The notes: generated by a model not told the origin, from the sequence alone. Positions 29,799 to 39,671 are shown, counted from the first letter of the stretch. The stretch: DNA of 64,000 bases from Candidatus Woesearchaeota archaeon (GCA_965205335.1 OZ242164.1:800001-864000); one strand, 5' to 3'. Numbers and translations: made by a program.

Positions 29799-31010
29799 AT
29801 GAACCTAAAAGAATTTGAGGGGAAATTAATTCTTAGAAAATATGGCCTGAATATTCCAAAAAGCACATTGATTTGTAAAGAAGATGCAATTCCAAAATTT
29901 AAAAAACCAGTCATTCTAAAAGCCCAGACATTTTCAGGAAAAAGAAAGGCTGGAGGAGGGATTATGATAGTTAAATCTCAAAAAGAAATGAGTGATGCAA
30001 TATCTGATATTTTCTCAAAAGAAATAAATGGTGAAAAAGTTTGCGAAATTCTGATTGAGGAATTAATTAATACGAAAAAGGAACTTTACCTAAGCATAAC
30101 TCTTGATACAAAAATTAGAAGACCTCTTCTTGTTATATGTTGTCAGGGTGGTTCAGATATTGAAGAATTAAAAGAGAATTCTCCCCAAAAAATTAAAACT
30201 CTGGAAATAAATGTTTTAGATGGAATTGATGAATCAAAATTAAGAGAATTAACTTCTGAATTGAATTTATCGGATGAAGAATTTGAGAACTTTTTTAATC
30301 TGACAATCAAACTATTTCAGATATACACAACAAGAGATTTAAAACTCCTTGAGATAAATCCATTAGCATTAACAAATAATGGATTCTATATATTAGATAC
30401 TAAAATAATCATTGATGATAATGGACTTTCAAGACAGGAATTTCCATTTGAGAGAACCACAGGTTACAGAAAAAGGACAAGTAGAGAAAAAGAAGCAAAT
30501 TTAATTGATGAAGATGATCATAAAGGAGTTTCAGGAAAAACATTTATTGATATGGATGGAGACATAGGAGTTATGGCGTCAGGAGGGGGAGCAAGCATTA
30601 TTGCAATGGACGCTTTAATTAGTTATGGGGCAAAGCCAGCAAATTATACTGAATATAGTGGAAATCCTCCTGCATATAAAGTTGAGAAATTAACAAAAAT
30701 TGTTTTGGATAAAGAGAATTTATCAGGATTATGGATAGTTGGAGGGATAGCAAATTTCACTGATATTTATGAAACACTTAAAGCGATAGTTGATGTATTA
30801 GTTGAGAAAAAAATTAATTTCCCCGTAGTTATAAGGCGTGGGGGGCCTAATGAGAAAGAGGCATTTGAATTAATACGAAAAACCGCAAAGAAACATAATT
30901 TGAATGTCTCAATTTATGGGCGTGAAACTCCTATTACTCTATGTGCTAAATATATGGCAGAAGCATCTAATAATTTTAAAAAGGAGGTTAATAATGGCAA
31001 TACTAATTGA
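29799..31010 (+). CDS. ATP-citrate lyase beta-type subunit (ATP-grasp plus citrate-binding domain)
   Basis: LKEFEGK, EINPL, GGGAS, ANYTEYSGNP, GGIANFT, RRGGPN are ACL-type rather than SucC-type signatures. Confidence 0.85.
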   Translation: MNLKEFEGKLILRKYGLNIPKSTLICKEDAIPKFKKPVILKAQTFSGKRKAGGGIMIVKSQKEMSDAISDIFSKEINGEKVCEILIEELINTKKELYLSITLDTKIRRPLLVICCQGGSDIEELKENSPQKIKTLEINVLDGIDESKLRELTSELNLSDEEFENFFNLTIKLFQIYTTRDLKLLEINPLALTNNGFYILDTKIIIDDNGLSRQEFPFERTTGYRKRTSREKEANLIDEDDHKGVSGKTFIDMDGDIGVMASGGGASIIAMDALISYGAKPANYTEYSGNPPAYKVEKLTKIVLDKENLSGLWIVGGIANFTDIYETLKAIVDVLVEKKINFPVVIRRGGPNEKEAFELIRKTAKKHNLNVSIYGRETPITLCAKYMAEASNNFKKEVNNGNTN

Positions 31011-31887
31011 TGAAAACACAAAAGTTCTTGTTTCGGGAATTACTGGCAAAGAAGGTTCTCGTTCAACTAAGGAAATGTTAGATTATGGTACAAAAGTAGT
31101 TTGTGGTGTTACACCAAAAAAAGGAGGACTGAGCGTTGAAGGAGTGCCTGTATATAATTCAGTTGATGAAGCAATTAAAAATCACCCAGAGGTTAATACT
31201 TCGGTCTTGTACGTTCCTCCAATGAGAGCAAAAGACTCTTTAATTGAATCAATTAATGCAAAAATACCATTAGTTGTATGCATTACCGAGAACATTCCCA
31301 TTCATGATTTTCTTGAATGTTATGAAAGAGCAAAGAAAAATGGAGTTCGCATAATAGGTCCTTCATCTGTTGGAATTATAAGCAGTGATATTTGCAAAGT
31401 TGGAAGCATAGGCGGAGCATCAAATGTTCAGTATTCAAAAGGTTCTGTGGGGATTATTTCAAAATCAGGAGGGATGACAAGTGAAACTGCCCTGCTTTTA
31501 AAAAACAACGGAATAGGAACATCAACAGCAGTAGGCATTGGCGGGGATGTTATATGCGGAAGTGATTTTGTTGATATACTCAAATTATTTGAAAAAGATG
31601 AAAAAACCAAAGTAATTGTTTTATTCTGTGAAATAGGAGGAGAGTATGAGCAGAGAGTAGCACAGGCAGTAAAATGCGGTGAGATAACAAAACCAGTAGT
31701 TGCATTTGTTTCAGGGGCATTTGCAGAAAATTTACATGGAGTAAGCATTGGGCATGCAGGAGCAATTATTGAAGGAGTTAATGCAACAAGAACAGCAAAA
31801 GTTAAAGCATTTGAAGACGCAGGAATAAGAGTTGCAAAAATTCATCATGAAATTGTAGATTTAGTAAAAGAAGTCTTAGATAAATAA
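30994..31887 (+). CDS. ATP-citrate lyase/succinyl-CoA synthetase alpha-type subunit (CoA-binding, phospho-His)
   Basis: GITGKEG, IIGPSSVG, SKSGG, GIGGD, EIGG, GHAGA; GGAGG Shine-Dalgarno before ATG 30994. Confidence 0.88.
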   Translation: MAILIDENTKVLVSGITGKEGSRSTKEMLDYGTKVVCGVTPKKGGLSVEGVPVYNSVDEAIKNHPEVNTSVLYVPPMRAKDSLIESINAKIPLVVCITENIPIHDFLECYERAKKNGVRIIGPSSVGIISSDICKVGSIGGASNVQYSKGSVGIISKSGGMTSETALLLKNNGIGTSTAVGIGGDVICGSDFVDILKLFEKDEKTKVIVLFCEIGGEYEQRVAQAVKCGEITKPVVAFVSGAFAENLHGVSIGHAGAIIEGVNATRTAKVKAFEDAGIRVAKIHHEIVDLVKEVLDK

Positions 31888-31892
31888 ATTTT

Positions 31893-31991
31893 ATTTAGTA
31901 CTAATATCTACTAATAACTACTAAATTAGTAGATAGGTTTATATATAATTTAGTACTAATATCTACTAATAACTACTAAATTAGTAGATAG
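31893..31991 (+). promoter_or_regulatory. Two perfect 44-bp direct repeats with internal inverted repeats flanking a TATA box
   Basis: ATTTAGTACTAATATCTACTAATAACTACTAAATTAGTAGATAG at 31893-31936 and 31948-31991; TTTATATA at 31938-31945. Confidence 0.85.
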
Positions 31992-31998
31992 ATTTAAT

Positions 31999-33297
31999 AT
32001 GAAACTTCCTCAGAGACCAATAGATTGGAGAGAGACATTCAAAAAAGAATCAAAGCAAATGTTTGAAATAGTAAAGGCGAAGAAACTTTTATCAAAGATA
32101 TTTGATTTTAATAGGAAGTACTTATATTGGTCTGAATTGATATATAAGATTGAAGATGAATCTCATAGGAAGTATATCTGGACATTTATGAAATTTTTAC
32201 GTTCAGAAAAATATGAAGATTTCAAATTTAATTCAATAAAATTAAAGTATTCTTTAATTGCAGACTTCAATAGAAAATTACATAATTTTGATAAGTTTTT
32301 AGCAGGAAATATTGAGATTCAGAGAAAAACATTGGGTTTACAAAAAAGAGATATGATTAGTTCTTTGATGGAGGAAGCTATAGCTTCGAGTGTTATTGAA
32401 GGAGCCTCAACAACAAGAAAAGTTGCAAAATCTATGCTTCGGGAAAGAAGAAAGCCTAAAACTGAATCTGAGAAAATGATTGTGAATAATTATGAGGTTA
32501 TGCAGTATGTCTTGAGTATTAAGGAAAAAAAATTAACGCCTGAAATATTACTAAACATCCAGAAAATAGTAACTAAAGATACACTTGATAATCCTGCTGA
32601 TGAAGGAGCTTTTAGAAACAATAATGATATTTTTGTAGGTCCTCAAGAGGCTATTGCACATATTCCTCCTGATTATAAGAAGATTTCTAATTTAATAGAG
32701 AAATTGTGTGATTTTGCAAATAAAGAATCTGATGAATTTATTCATCCAGTAATAAAAGGAATTATATTGCATTTTATGATAGGATATATCCATCCATTTA
32801 ATGATGGCAATGGAAGATGTGCAAGAAGTGTGTTTTATTGGTATATGCTATCCCAGAGATACTGGCTTTTTGAGTACATATCAGTTTCAAGAATAATTGT
32901 TCGTTCAAGAAAAAAATATGATTTATCTTATCTATATACAGAATATGATGAGATGGATTTGACATATTTTATAAAGTATAACATTGAATGTATAGATGAA
33001 TCTTTAAGTGAATTAATAGAATATATCAAGGTAAAGCAAAAAGAACAAAAGGAAACTAAAGAGATATTATATAAGAATCCTGATTTAAACTTAAGACAAG
33101 CAATGATTCTTGAGGAATTTATGAAAAATACTAATAAGATATTCTTAATTAAAGAAATTTGCGAAACTTATAAGGTTGCTTACCAGACAGCAAGAACCGA
33201 TTTGTTGTTATTAGCAGATAAAAGATTCATAAATAAAAAAATGGCAGGGAGAGCATTTGTATTCTCATTTAATGAAGAAGATGATATTCTCAGTTGA
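31999..33297 (+). CDS. Fic family protein (class II) with C-terminal wHTH
   Basis: HPFNDGNGRCAR; inhibitory SSVIEG; C-terminal VAYQTARTDL helix-turn-helix. Confidence 0.92.
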   Translation: MKLPQRPIDWRETFKKESKQMFEIVKAKKLLSKIFDFNRKYLYWSELIYKIEDESHRKYIWTFMKFLRSEKYEDFKFNSIKLKYSLIADFNRKLHNFDKFLAGNIEIQRKTLGLQKRDMISSLMEEAIASSVIEGASTTRKVAKSMLRERRKPKTESEKMIVNNYEVMQYVLSIKEKKLTPEILLNIQKIVTKDTLDNPADEGAFRNNNDIFVGPQEAIAHIPPDYKKISNLIEKLCDFANKESDEFIHPVIKGIILHFMIGYIHPFNDGNGRCARSVFYWYMLSQRYWLFEYISVSRIIVRSRKKYDLSYLYTEYDEMDLTYFIKYNIECIDESLSELIEYIKVKQKEQKETKEILYKNPDLNLRQAMILEEFMKNTNKIFLIKEICETYKVAYQTARTDLLLLADKRFINKKMAGRAFVFSFNEEDDILS

Positions 33298-33402
33298 AGT
33301 TTAACTATTCAAAAATATATAGATTCCTTACTTTACAGAAGAAATTTTGCTTAGGATATATATCAAAACCTTTAAATAAAATTACTTAGAAATATATTTA
33401 AA

Positions 33403-34128
33403 ATGATTTGGAAAACAAAAATATCGAAAGCTACAAAAAACAAAACAGTGCTTAGAGGTTATGATTTAGATGAATTAACGAAGAAGCTAAATTTCACTCA
33501 GACAATATTTCTAACACTTAAAGGGGAATTGCCAACCAAAAAAGAAGAAAAAATGCTTGACGCAATACTTGTATCATCTGTTGAACATGGAATTGAGCCA
33601 TCATCAATTATCACTGCAAGATGCACAGCGGCCGCAGGCAATCCATTTAATTCATCAGTTGCGGCAGGAATTGGAACATTTGGGAAATATCATGGAGGAG
33701 CAGTTGAAGATTGCGCCAAAATATTAAACCAGAATAAATCTGCAAAAGAAATTGTATCAAAAGCAGTCTCAGAAAAGAAAAGATTATTTGGTTTTGGACA
33801 TAAAATATATACTAAAGACCCAAGAACACAGACATTATTGAAAATCGCAAAAGACAACAAAATCTATGGACAATACTGCAAGAAAGCACAGGAGATTGAA
33901 AAAGAACTTGAGAAGCAAAAAGGGAGAAAACTATGCTTAAACATTGACGGATGCATAGCCGCAATCATCTTGGATATGGGTTTCCCCCAAACTCTTGGCA
34001 ATGCATTCTTTATAATTTCAAGATGTGTTGGAATCTGTGCCCATGTTCACGAAGAACTAACAGAAGAAAAACCAGTAAGAAGATTAGAAGATACAAAATA
34101 CATAGGAAAAAAAAGCAGAAAACTCTAA
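33403..34128 (+). CDS. Citryl-CoA lyase (citrate-synthase fold)
   Basis: WKTKIS, EHGIEPSS, YHGGA, GFGH, DPR, NIDGCIAA. Confidence 0.88.
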   Translation: MIWKTKISKATKNKTVLRGYDLDELTKKLNFTQTIFLTLKGELPTKKEEKMLDAILVSSVEHGIEPSSIITARCTAAAGNPFNSSVAAGIGTFGKYHGGAVEDCAKILNQNKSAKEIVSKAVSEKKRLFGFGHKIYTKDPRTQTLLKIAKDNKIYGQYCKKAQEIEKELEKQKGRKLCLNIDGCIAAIILDMGFPQTLGNAFFIISRCVGICAHVHEELTEEKPVRRLEDTKYIGKKSRKL

Positions 34129-34196
34129 ATTCCATTTCTCAAATTTCTATTGTAGATACCATAATATTTTTAATGCATAAGTTCTCATTTAATATT

Positions 34197-35393
34197 ATGC
34201 CATATAAATATGAGAACGTATATGAATTTGAAGAGGACTCAAAACTCATGTTAAACTGTTCTTTGCGTGAAATTGAAAAAATAAAAAAGAGTAATTTGAA
34301 AATCTGCGAAGTTGGTGTTGGCAGTGGTTTTGTTATTTCAAACATTGCAAAAAAATATTCAAAAAATCATTATTTTGGATGTGATATAAATTCTTACGCA
34401 GTTAATCTAACAAAAGAAGAATCATCAAAAACAGAAGTTAAATTTGAAATATTAGCATCAGATTTGCTTTCAGATTTTAATCAGAGATTTGATATGATTT
34501 TATTTAATGCTCCTTATCTGCCGTTTGAAAATAAAAATGATTCTTTTCAAAATATCTCAATTAAAGATAGGGCAATTTATGGAGGAAAAAAAGGATATGA
34601 AATTGCTTTAAGATTAATATATCAGATAAACGATAAACTAAACAATGAAGGAATCTGTTTAATTATTATAAGTTCTCAAACTAATTTAGATTACATTAAA
34701 GAAAGAATTGAAGAGAATTTTTTTGAGTGTAAATTATTAGAAAATAAAGATTCTTTCTTTGAGAAAATCCATTGCATAAAAATTACCAAATCAGAAATTT
34801 TGAAAGAACTAACAGACAAAGGCATTACACAGATCAAATACTTAGATTGTGGAAAACATTCAAAGGTCTTAGAAGGAGTTTACAGTAAAAATCCAGTAAT
34901 AATTAAAATTGGAAAATCACAGCACATTCAAAAAGAAATCGCCTTTGAGAAGAAACTTCAACAGGAATCCTTTGTTCCAAAGATGTTTCTTTATGAAGAT
35001 AATTTTATTGTTTGTGAAAAAATTGAAGGAGAATTAATCGTTGATTTTTTTGAGAACTGCAAGAGCAAAGAACTTCTAATTAAAATTCTAAATAAAATAT
35101 TAGATGCAACAATAAGACTTGATGAATTTGGAATTAATAAATTTGAAATGATTAATCCATACAAGCATATTTATATTTTAGACAGCGAAGAGATTAAATT
35201 CATTGATTTTGAGAGATGCATTTATACAGACAAACCAAAAAACACAACTCAGGTTCTTGAATTTTTCAGAAGACATTCCAAACAACTTTCAAGAAACAAA
35301 ATAAAAATTGATGAAAATAAAATATTCAGTATTTCAAAAAAATATAAAAAAAAGAATTTCAGGTTTGGAATAGAAGATGTTTTATGTGAATGA
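34197..35393 (+). CDS. HemK2/Mtq2-like methyltransferase fused to a RIO/Ser-Thr kinase-like domain
   Basis: VYEFEEDS, EVGVGSG, FNAPY, GGKKG; then GKHSKV, IIK, IDFER; ATG 34197 preferred over 33951. Confidence 0.8.
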   Translation: MPYKYENVYEFEEDSKLMLNCSLREIEKIKKSNLKICEVGVGSGFVISNIAKKYSKNHYFGCDINSYAVNLTKEESSKTEVKFEILASDLLSDFNQRFDMILFNAPYLPFENKNDSFQNISIKDRAIYGGKKGYEIALRLIYQINDKLNNEGICLIIISSQTNLDYIKERIEENFFECKLLENKDSFFEKIHCIKITKSEILKELTDKGITQIKYLDCGKHSKVLEGVYSKNPVIIKIGKSQHIQKEIAFEKKLQQESFVPKMFLYEDNFIVCEKIEGELIVDFFENCKSKELLIKILNKILDATIRLDEFGINKFEMINPYKHIYILDSEEIKFIDFERCIYTDKPKNTTQVLEFFRRHSKQLSRNKIKIDENKIFSISKKYKKKNFRFGIEDVLCE

Positions 35394-35430
35394 GGATTAT
35401 ATCTTTAAATTTGCATTTAGTTTGAGACAG

Positions 35431-35547
35431 GGCTTTGTACGAAAAGTAACAATTGCTTTAAAAAAGATTAAAACATTATATTATATATTGATAATTTTAA
35501 TTATTTCTAATTTATTATTAATTCTTAATGACTTTTCGTACAAAGCC
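35431..35547. mobile_element. 117-bp MITE, copy 1 (IS903/IS5-like ends)
   Basis: 17-bp TIR GGCTTTGTACGAAAAGT; 9-bp TSD TTGAGACAG. Confidence 0.95.
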
Positions 35548-35594
35548 TTGAGACAGAAAAAGTTTATAAAAACAAGTACACTTATCACATTACT

Positions 35595-36761
35595 ATGAGA
35601 ATAAATAGAGTCATCATAATATTAATTGTTGGATTGAGTTTGCTCTTCGCTTCTTGTTCCAAGACAACATATACAGAAGTTCCCCAAGAGACTCCTAAAG
35701 TTGTAGAAGAAGAAATATTGGTTGAAGTCCCACTAACAAATGTAGGAGTAATTGCTCCACTTACAGGAAACTCCGCCCTTGATGGACAAGAAACACTAAA
35801 AGTTATACAACTTGCCCAAAGAGTTTTCGGAGAGAAAATAAATCTGATTATAGAAGATGGAAAATGTGAAGGTCCAAAAAGTGAGCAAGCCGCCAACAAA
35901 TTAGTAAATTTAGATGACGTAAAATACATTCTCGGAGGAATTTGTAGTGATGAAACTCTTGCAGCCGCACCTATCGTAGAAGAAGGAAAAGTCATTTTAA
36001 TTTCAAGTGCTTCAACTTCCCCAAAAATTACAAACGCTGGAGAATACATTTTTAGAACAGTCTCATCTGACACTTTCCAAGGAAGAGTTATGGCAGAATT
36101 CTCAAAAAAAATGAGATGGAACAGAATTTTCATCCTATACGAAAATACTAATTACGGACAAGCACTTGCCCAAGTTTTCAAAAATAGTGTTGAAGGGATG
36201 GGAACAGAAGTTACATCCTTTGAAAGTTTCAAAAAAGACGAAACAAATTTCGGGCCAATTATTGAAAAAATCATAAATTCAGAAATTGACGCTCTTTATT
36301 TCGTTCCACAAAATGCCAAAAACGCCCAAACATTTGGAGAACAATTAAGAGAGAAAAATGTAAAGATTCAGATTTTAGCAAGTGAAACATTTGAAAACAA
36401 TGAATTAGCACAAAGTCATGGAGATATCTATGATGGAGCTTTTGTAGCAAGTCCAAAAGTTGATGAAAATTCTCAAAAAGTAAAAGAATTCAAACAGTTA
36501 TGGGAAGAAAATTACGGAGAATTCAAAAATGAAATGGGAACTCTCCTATATTATCTGTCCGCATTTGAAAACTTCAAACTAATTTCCGAAAGCATTGAAA
36601 AGTGTGGAGAAGATACACAATGTGCCAAAGAAAACCTAAACTCCATAGAAAACAGAGAAGGTTACATCGGAACTTACTCAATAGATAAAAACGGAGATGT
36701 CTCAAACACCAAATACAACATCAAACAACTTAAAGAAAACAAATTCCAAATTTACGAATAA
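35595..36761 (+). CDS. LivJ-like ABC substrate-binding protein (probable lipoprotein)
   Basis: LLFASC, APLTG, EDGKC, GGICS, ISSASTSPKIT, FRTVSSD, YGQ. Confidence 0.88.
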   Translation: MRINRVIIILIVGLSLLFASCSKTTYTEVPQETPKVVEEEILVEVPLTNVGVIAPLTGNSALDGQETLKVIQLAQRVFGEKINLIIEDGKCEGPKSEQAANKLVNLDDVKYILGGICSDETLAAAPIVEEGKVILISSASTSPKITNAGEYIFRTVSSDTFQGRVMAEFSKKMRWNRIFILYENTNYGQALAQVFKNSVEGMGTEVTSFESFKKDETNFGPIIEKIINSEIDALYFVPQNAKNAQTFGEQLREKNVKIQILASETFENNELAQSHGDIYDGAFVASPKVDENSQKVKEFKQLWEENYGEFKNEMGTLLYYLSAFENFKLISESIEKCGEDTQCAKENLNSIENREGYIGTYSIDKNGDVSNTKYNIKQLKENKFQIYE

Positions 36762-36978
36762 ACAAATAAATTTTTATTTTTTAATATTTTATGTTAGAAA
36801 ATTACGCATTATATATTATAATAACAATAAATATTTTTCTAATTTTGACAATAGGACAAAACATCACCATCGGAAATTTTGGAAGAGAATTTTCAAAGAA
36901 AATATTGCATAATTACAAACAGCGATGATAAAAAACAAAAAAATTCATTCAAATAAGTTAAAGTGATGCCCACATACA

Positions 36979-37328
36979 ATGGTAAGAATTAATATTATCA
37001 ACCCTGAACTTCTAAGTGATCAGCATCTGATTGATGAGTTTAACGAACTTTTAATGTTTAATCTCATATATCAAAAACTTTATACAAAAGACATCAGCAA
37101 CTTGCAGATGAAATGAAAAAAAGGAAATTTAATCCAACCAAACACAAATTCTGGAGCTTAAATGATTTTCCTATTGAACTTCAAAATGACTGGAAGTCCA
37201 CAAGAGAAGATGAAACTATCATAATTCAGAGAATAATAGAAAAACTTAATGAAAAAAGTGAATGGTATAAATATTATGGGGAGAAGAAAGTAGACAAACT
37301 CCTTATAAAAAAATTAAAAAATTATTAA
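36979..37328 (+). pseudogene. denV: Pyrimidine-dimer DNA glycosylase (T4 endonuclease V-like) pseudogene
   Basis: MVRINIINPELLSDQHLIDEFNEL in one frame; LYKRHQQLADEMKKR...WYKYYG in another; central part apparently missing. Confidence 0.85.
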
Positions 37329-37473
37329 AATTTCTAAAGATAAACTAAATAATCATAGTAATCAAAACAGAATAATTTCAAGTTTGGAATAGAGGAGGTT
37401 TTGTGTTAATGATAATTATTTCTTTAAATTTATTTTTAGTTATGGGAGTAAATATTTCACATATGAGAGAACA

Positions 37474-37590
37474 GGCTTTGTACGAAAAGTAACAATTGCT
37501 TTAAAAAAGATTAAAACATTATATTATATATTGATAATTTTAATTATTTCTAATTTATTATTAATTCTTAATGACTTTTCGTACAAAGCC
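37474..37590. mobile_element. 117-bp MITE, copy 2 (identical to copy 1)
   Basis: Same TIRs; different 9-bp TSD GAGAGAACA. Confidence 0.95.
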
Positions 37591-37760
37591 GAGAGAACAT
37601 AAACTTTTATAAAGTTTGGTTCTAGTGTAAATTCAGTTGGAGATAATTATTAATATTATGTGGGTAGTTTTAAAAAGAATAAAGGTATTAATAAATTATG
37701 AATTGGTTGTATCATAAAAATAAATTAACAAAAAATTTCTATCACAAAACATAAAAAAAG

Positions 37761-39002
37761 ATGTCAGACGAAAAAATACATTACAAAATAAACATTGAAA
37801 GAATAAACTTTCTAATTGACTTCTTTAAAATCACAAAAGAAAAATTCTTAGAATTGACCAATGAAGGATTAAAATCAGATAAAAACAAAATAAAATTTGA
37901 AGACTTTGAAAATAAAATTGAACTATCAAAAATCAAAAGAATAGACAAAATATTCAATAAGGGATTATGCTGGTACATAGACACTGAAAAACCAAACAAA
38001 AAAAATAATTCAAGCATATTCTTTAGAAAAAAAAGTTTCAACTCAAAAATAGGAATTGAAGACATAAAAATAATAGACGAATTTGAAAAAAAAAGAATAC
38101 TAACAAGTATTCTGTGCAATAACATAGACTTTAAACTCCATAGAAAAATCAAAAAATTTGAAGTTAATGATGATGTTAATGAAATTGTAGAAATAGTAAG
38201 ATACAAATTTAAGGAGATTGAAGAAGAACTGATAAAAGAGAAGAAAATAAAAAAAATCCACAACAAAAACACAAAAGAGAATGACAAAAATTACTTAAAG
38301 AACCTATTTAGAATTATTGAAGAATTTAATATATTTGTATTTGAATATTTAGAAAATCACAATAAGAAAGAAAAAGTTAATTTTGAAGGATTTTACATAA
38401 AAAATATCATAGTAGTAAAAAGACAAGAGAATTTAAGAAAAGAGATTTTCACACTGCTTCATGAATTTGCTCATTATCTCCTAGAAGAAGAAGAAATTGA
38501 TGAGAACATAGACAACAACTTAAAGGATATAAAAAATAATAAAGTAGAAAAATGGTGCAATGAATTTGCTTTCAAACTATTATTGGGCGATTACAAAGAG
38601 ACTTTTTATCAAAAACTTCCAAATAAACAAAACAACTTCTGCCAAGAAGAAATCATAAATTTAGTAAAAAAAACATATTTGAACCCAATTTCTTTTTATA
38701 CTAACTTTCTGATAAATAAGAAAATAGATTATAAATATTATACAGACAAAAGAGATGAAATAGACAGAAACTTTAAGAGAAAGATAGAGAGAGAAAAGAA
38801 ACAAAGAAAAGAAGAAAATAAATTGAAAAAATCAAGTGGACAAAAAATTTCTCCTATGATTCCAAAGGAAATAAAATCAGAATTATTTTATGATATTGTG
38901 AAAATAAACTTTGATAGAGGAAAAATTGATGATAGAGATTTCTGTAATTATCTAAACATAAAAAATGAAAAAAGCAGAATGGAGACTTTCTTGTCAAAAT
39001 GA
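37761..39002 (+). CDS. ImmA/IrrE family Zn metallopeptidase
   Basis: FTLLHEFAHYLL and EKWCNEFA..LL. Confidence 0.85.
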   Translation: MSDEKIHYKINIERINFLIDFFKITKEKFLELTNEGLKSDKNKIKFEDFENKIELSKIKRIDKIFNKGLCWYIDTEKPNKKNNSSIFFRKKSFNSKIGIEDIKIIDEFEKKRILTSILCNNIDFKLHRKIKKFEVNDDVNEIVEIVRYKFKEIEEELIKEKKIKKIHNKNTKENDKNYLKNLFRIIEEFNIFVFEYLENHNKKEKVNFEGFYIKNIIVVKRQENLRKEIFTLLHEFAHYLLEEEEIDENIDNNLKDIKNNKVEKWCNEFAFKLLLGDYKETFYQKLPNKQNNFCQEEIINLVKKTYLNPISFYTNFLINKKIDYKYYTDKRDEIDRNFKRKIEREKKQRKEENKLKKSSGQKISPMIPKEIKSELFYDIVKINFDRGKIDDRDFCNYLNIKNEKSRMETFLSK

Positions 39003-39571
39003 AATTTATGATTGACAGAAATTCTTTAATGAACTTAGAGAGATATTATCCATTTGATAAACAACATAATAAAACAGAATACGAAAAATTTAGAACGTTT
39101 TTCAAAAACAAATTCAAAAACAAAGAAATAATTATAATTGACAAAGTTGATAACGAAGGAATAAAGATGATTAAAAAAGAGTTTGAAATAGACAATAGAG
39201 TCATTACAAACACTGAAAATATCTTAGATACTTTAAATGAAATTTCCAATAATGAAAAAAATATAAACATCAATCACAATTTAAATAGTGAAGCAGAAAT
39301 TGAAAGAACAAAAGAAGATGAAAGAGAAAACAAAGTGGATTTAAGTTTAATCGCTTATTGTGTATATTTAAAAAGACAAAAGAAGTTAATTAATGAGGAA
39401 GTTATTCTAATTACAGATGAGACTAAAAATGAGAAATACAATACAAAACTATACAAGAAAATTCCTAATATTTGTAAGAACTATAGTATTGAATGTAAAA
39501 ATCTTCCTTATTTGATATTTGAATTTTTCAGAGATGAAATTCAATTTAAAATAAATCTTAACCAAAAATAA
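38999..39571 (+). CDS. DUF4411-like PIN-domain protein
   Basis: IDRNSL..YYP, VDLSLIAY, ITDE, KIPNIC; ATGA overlap with the peptidase. Confidence 0.75.
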   Translation: MKFMIDRNSLMNLERYYPFDKQHNKTEYEKFRTFFKNKFKNKEIIIIDKVDNEGIKMIKKEFEIDNRVITNTENILDTLNEISNNEKNININHNLNSEAEIERTKEDERENKVDLSLIAYCVYLKRQKKLINEEVILITDETKNEKYNTKLYKKIPNICKNYSIECKNLPYLIFEFFRDEIQFKINLNQK

Positions 39572-39671
39572 AAATGTATGGTATTTTTCGCATTAATCTC
39601 TGTAATTTTTCCATACAATTCACCTAATCATTTTATATAAATTTATAAAGATTTAAATTTTAATGTTCATT

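Larger units (their letters stand above)
35355..37441 (+). repeat. 68-bp diverged direct repeat (35355-35422 / 37374-37441)
   Basis: 57/68 identical; duplicates the MTase-kinase 3' end (NFRFGIEDVLCE* versus NFKFGIEEVLC*). Confidence 0.8.

Noticed and set aside
29799-31887. Succinyl-CoA synthetase sucCD
   Set aside because: Citrate-binding ACL motifs and the neighbouring citryl-CoA lyase favour citrate cleavage
31893-31991. Possible CRISPR mini-array
   Set aside because: The 11-bp spacer is a TATA box; better explained as operators
33951-34196. N-terminal extension of the 480-aa ORF
   Set aside because: Overlaps citryl-CoA lyase; family motifs begin at ATG 34197
35377-35598. 73-aa ORF
   Set aside because: Reads through the MITE; spurious
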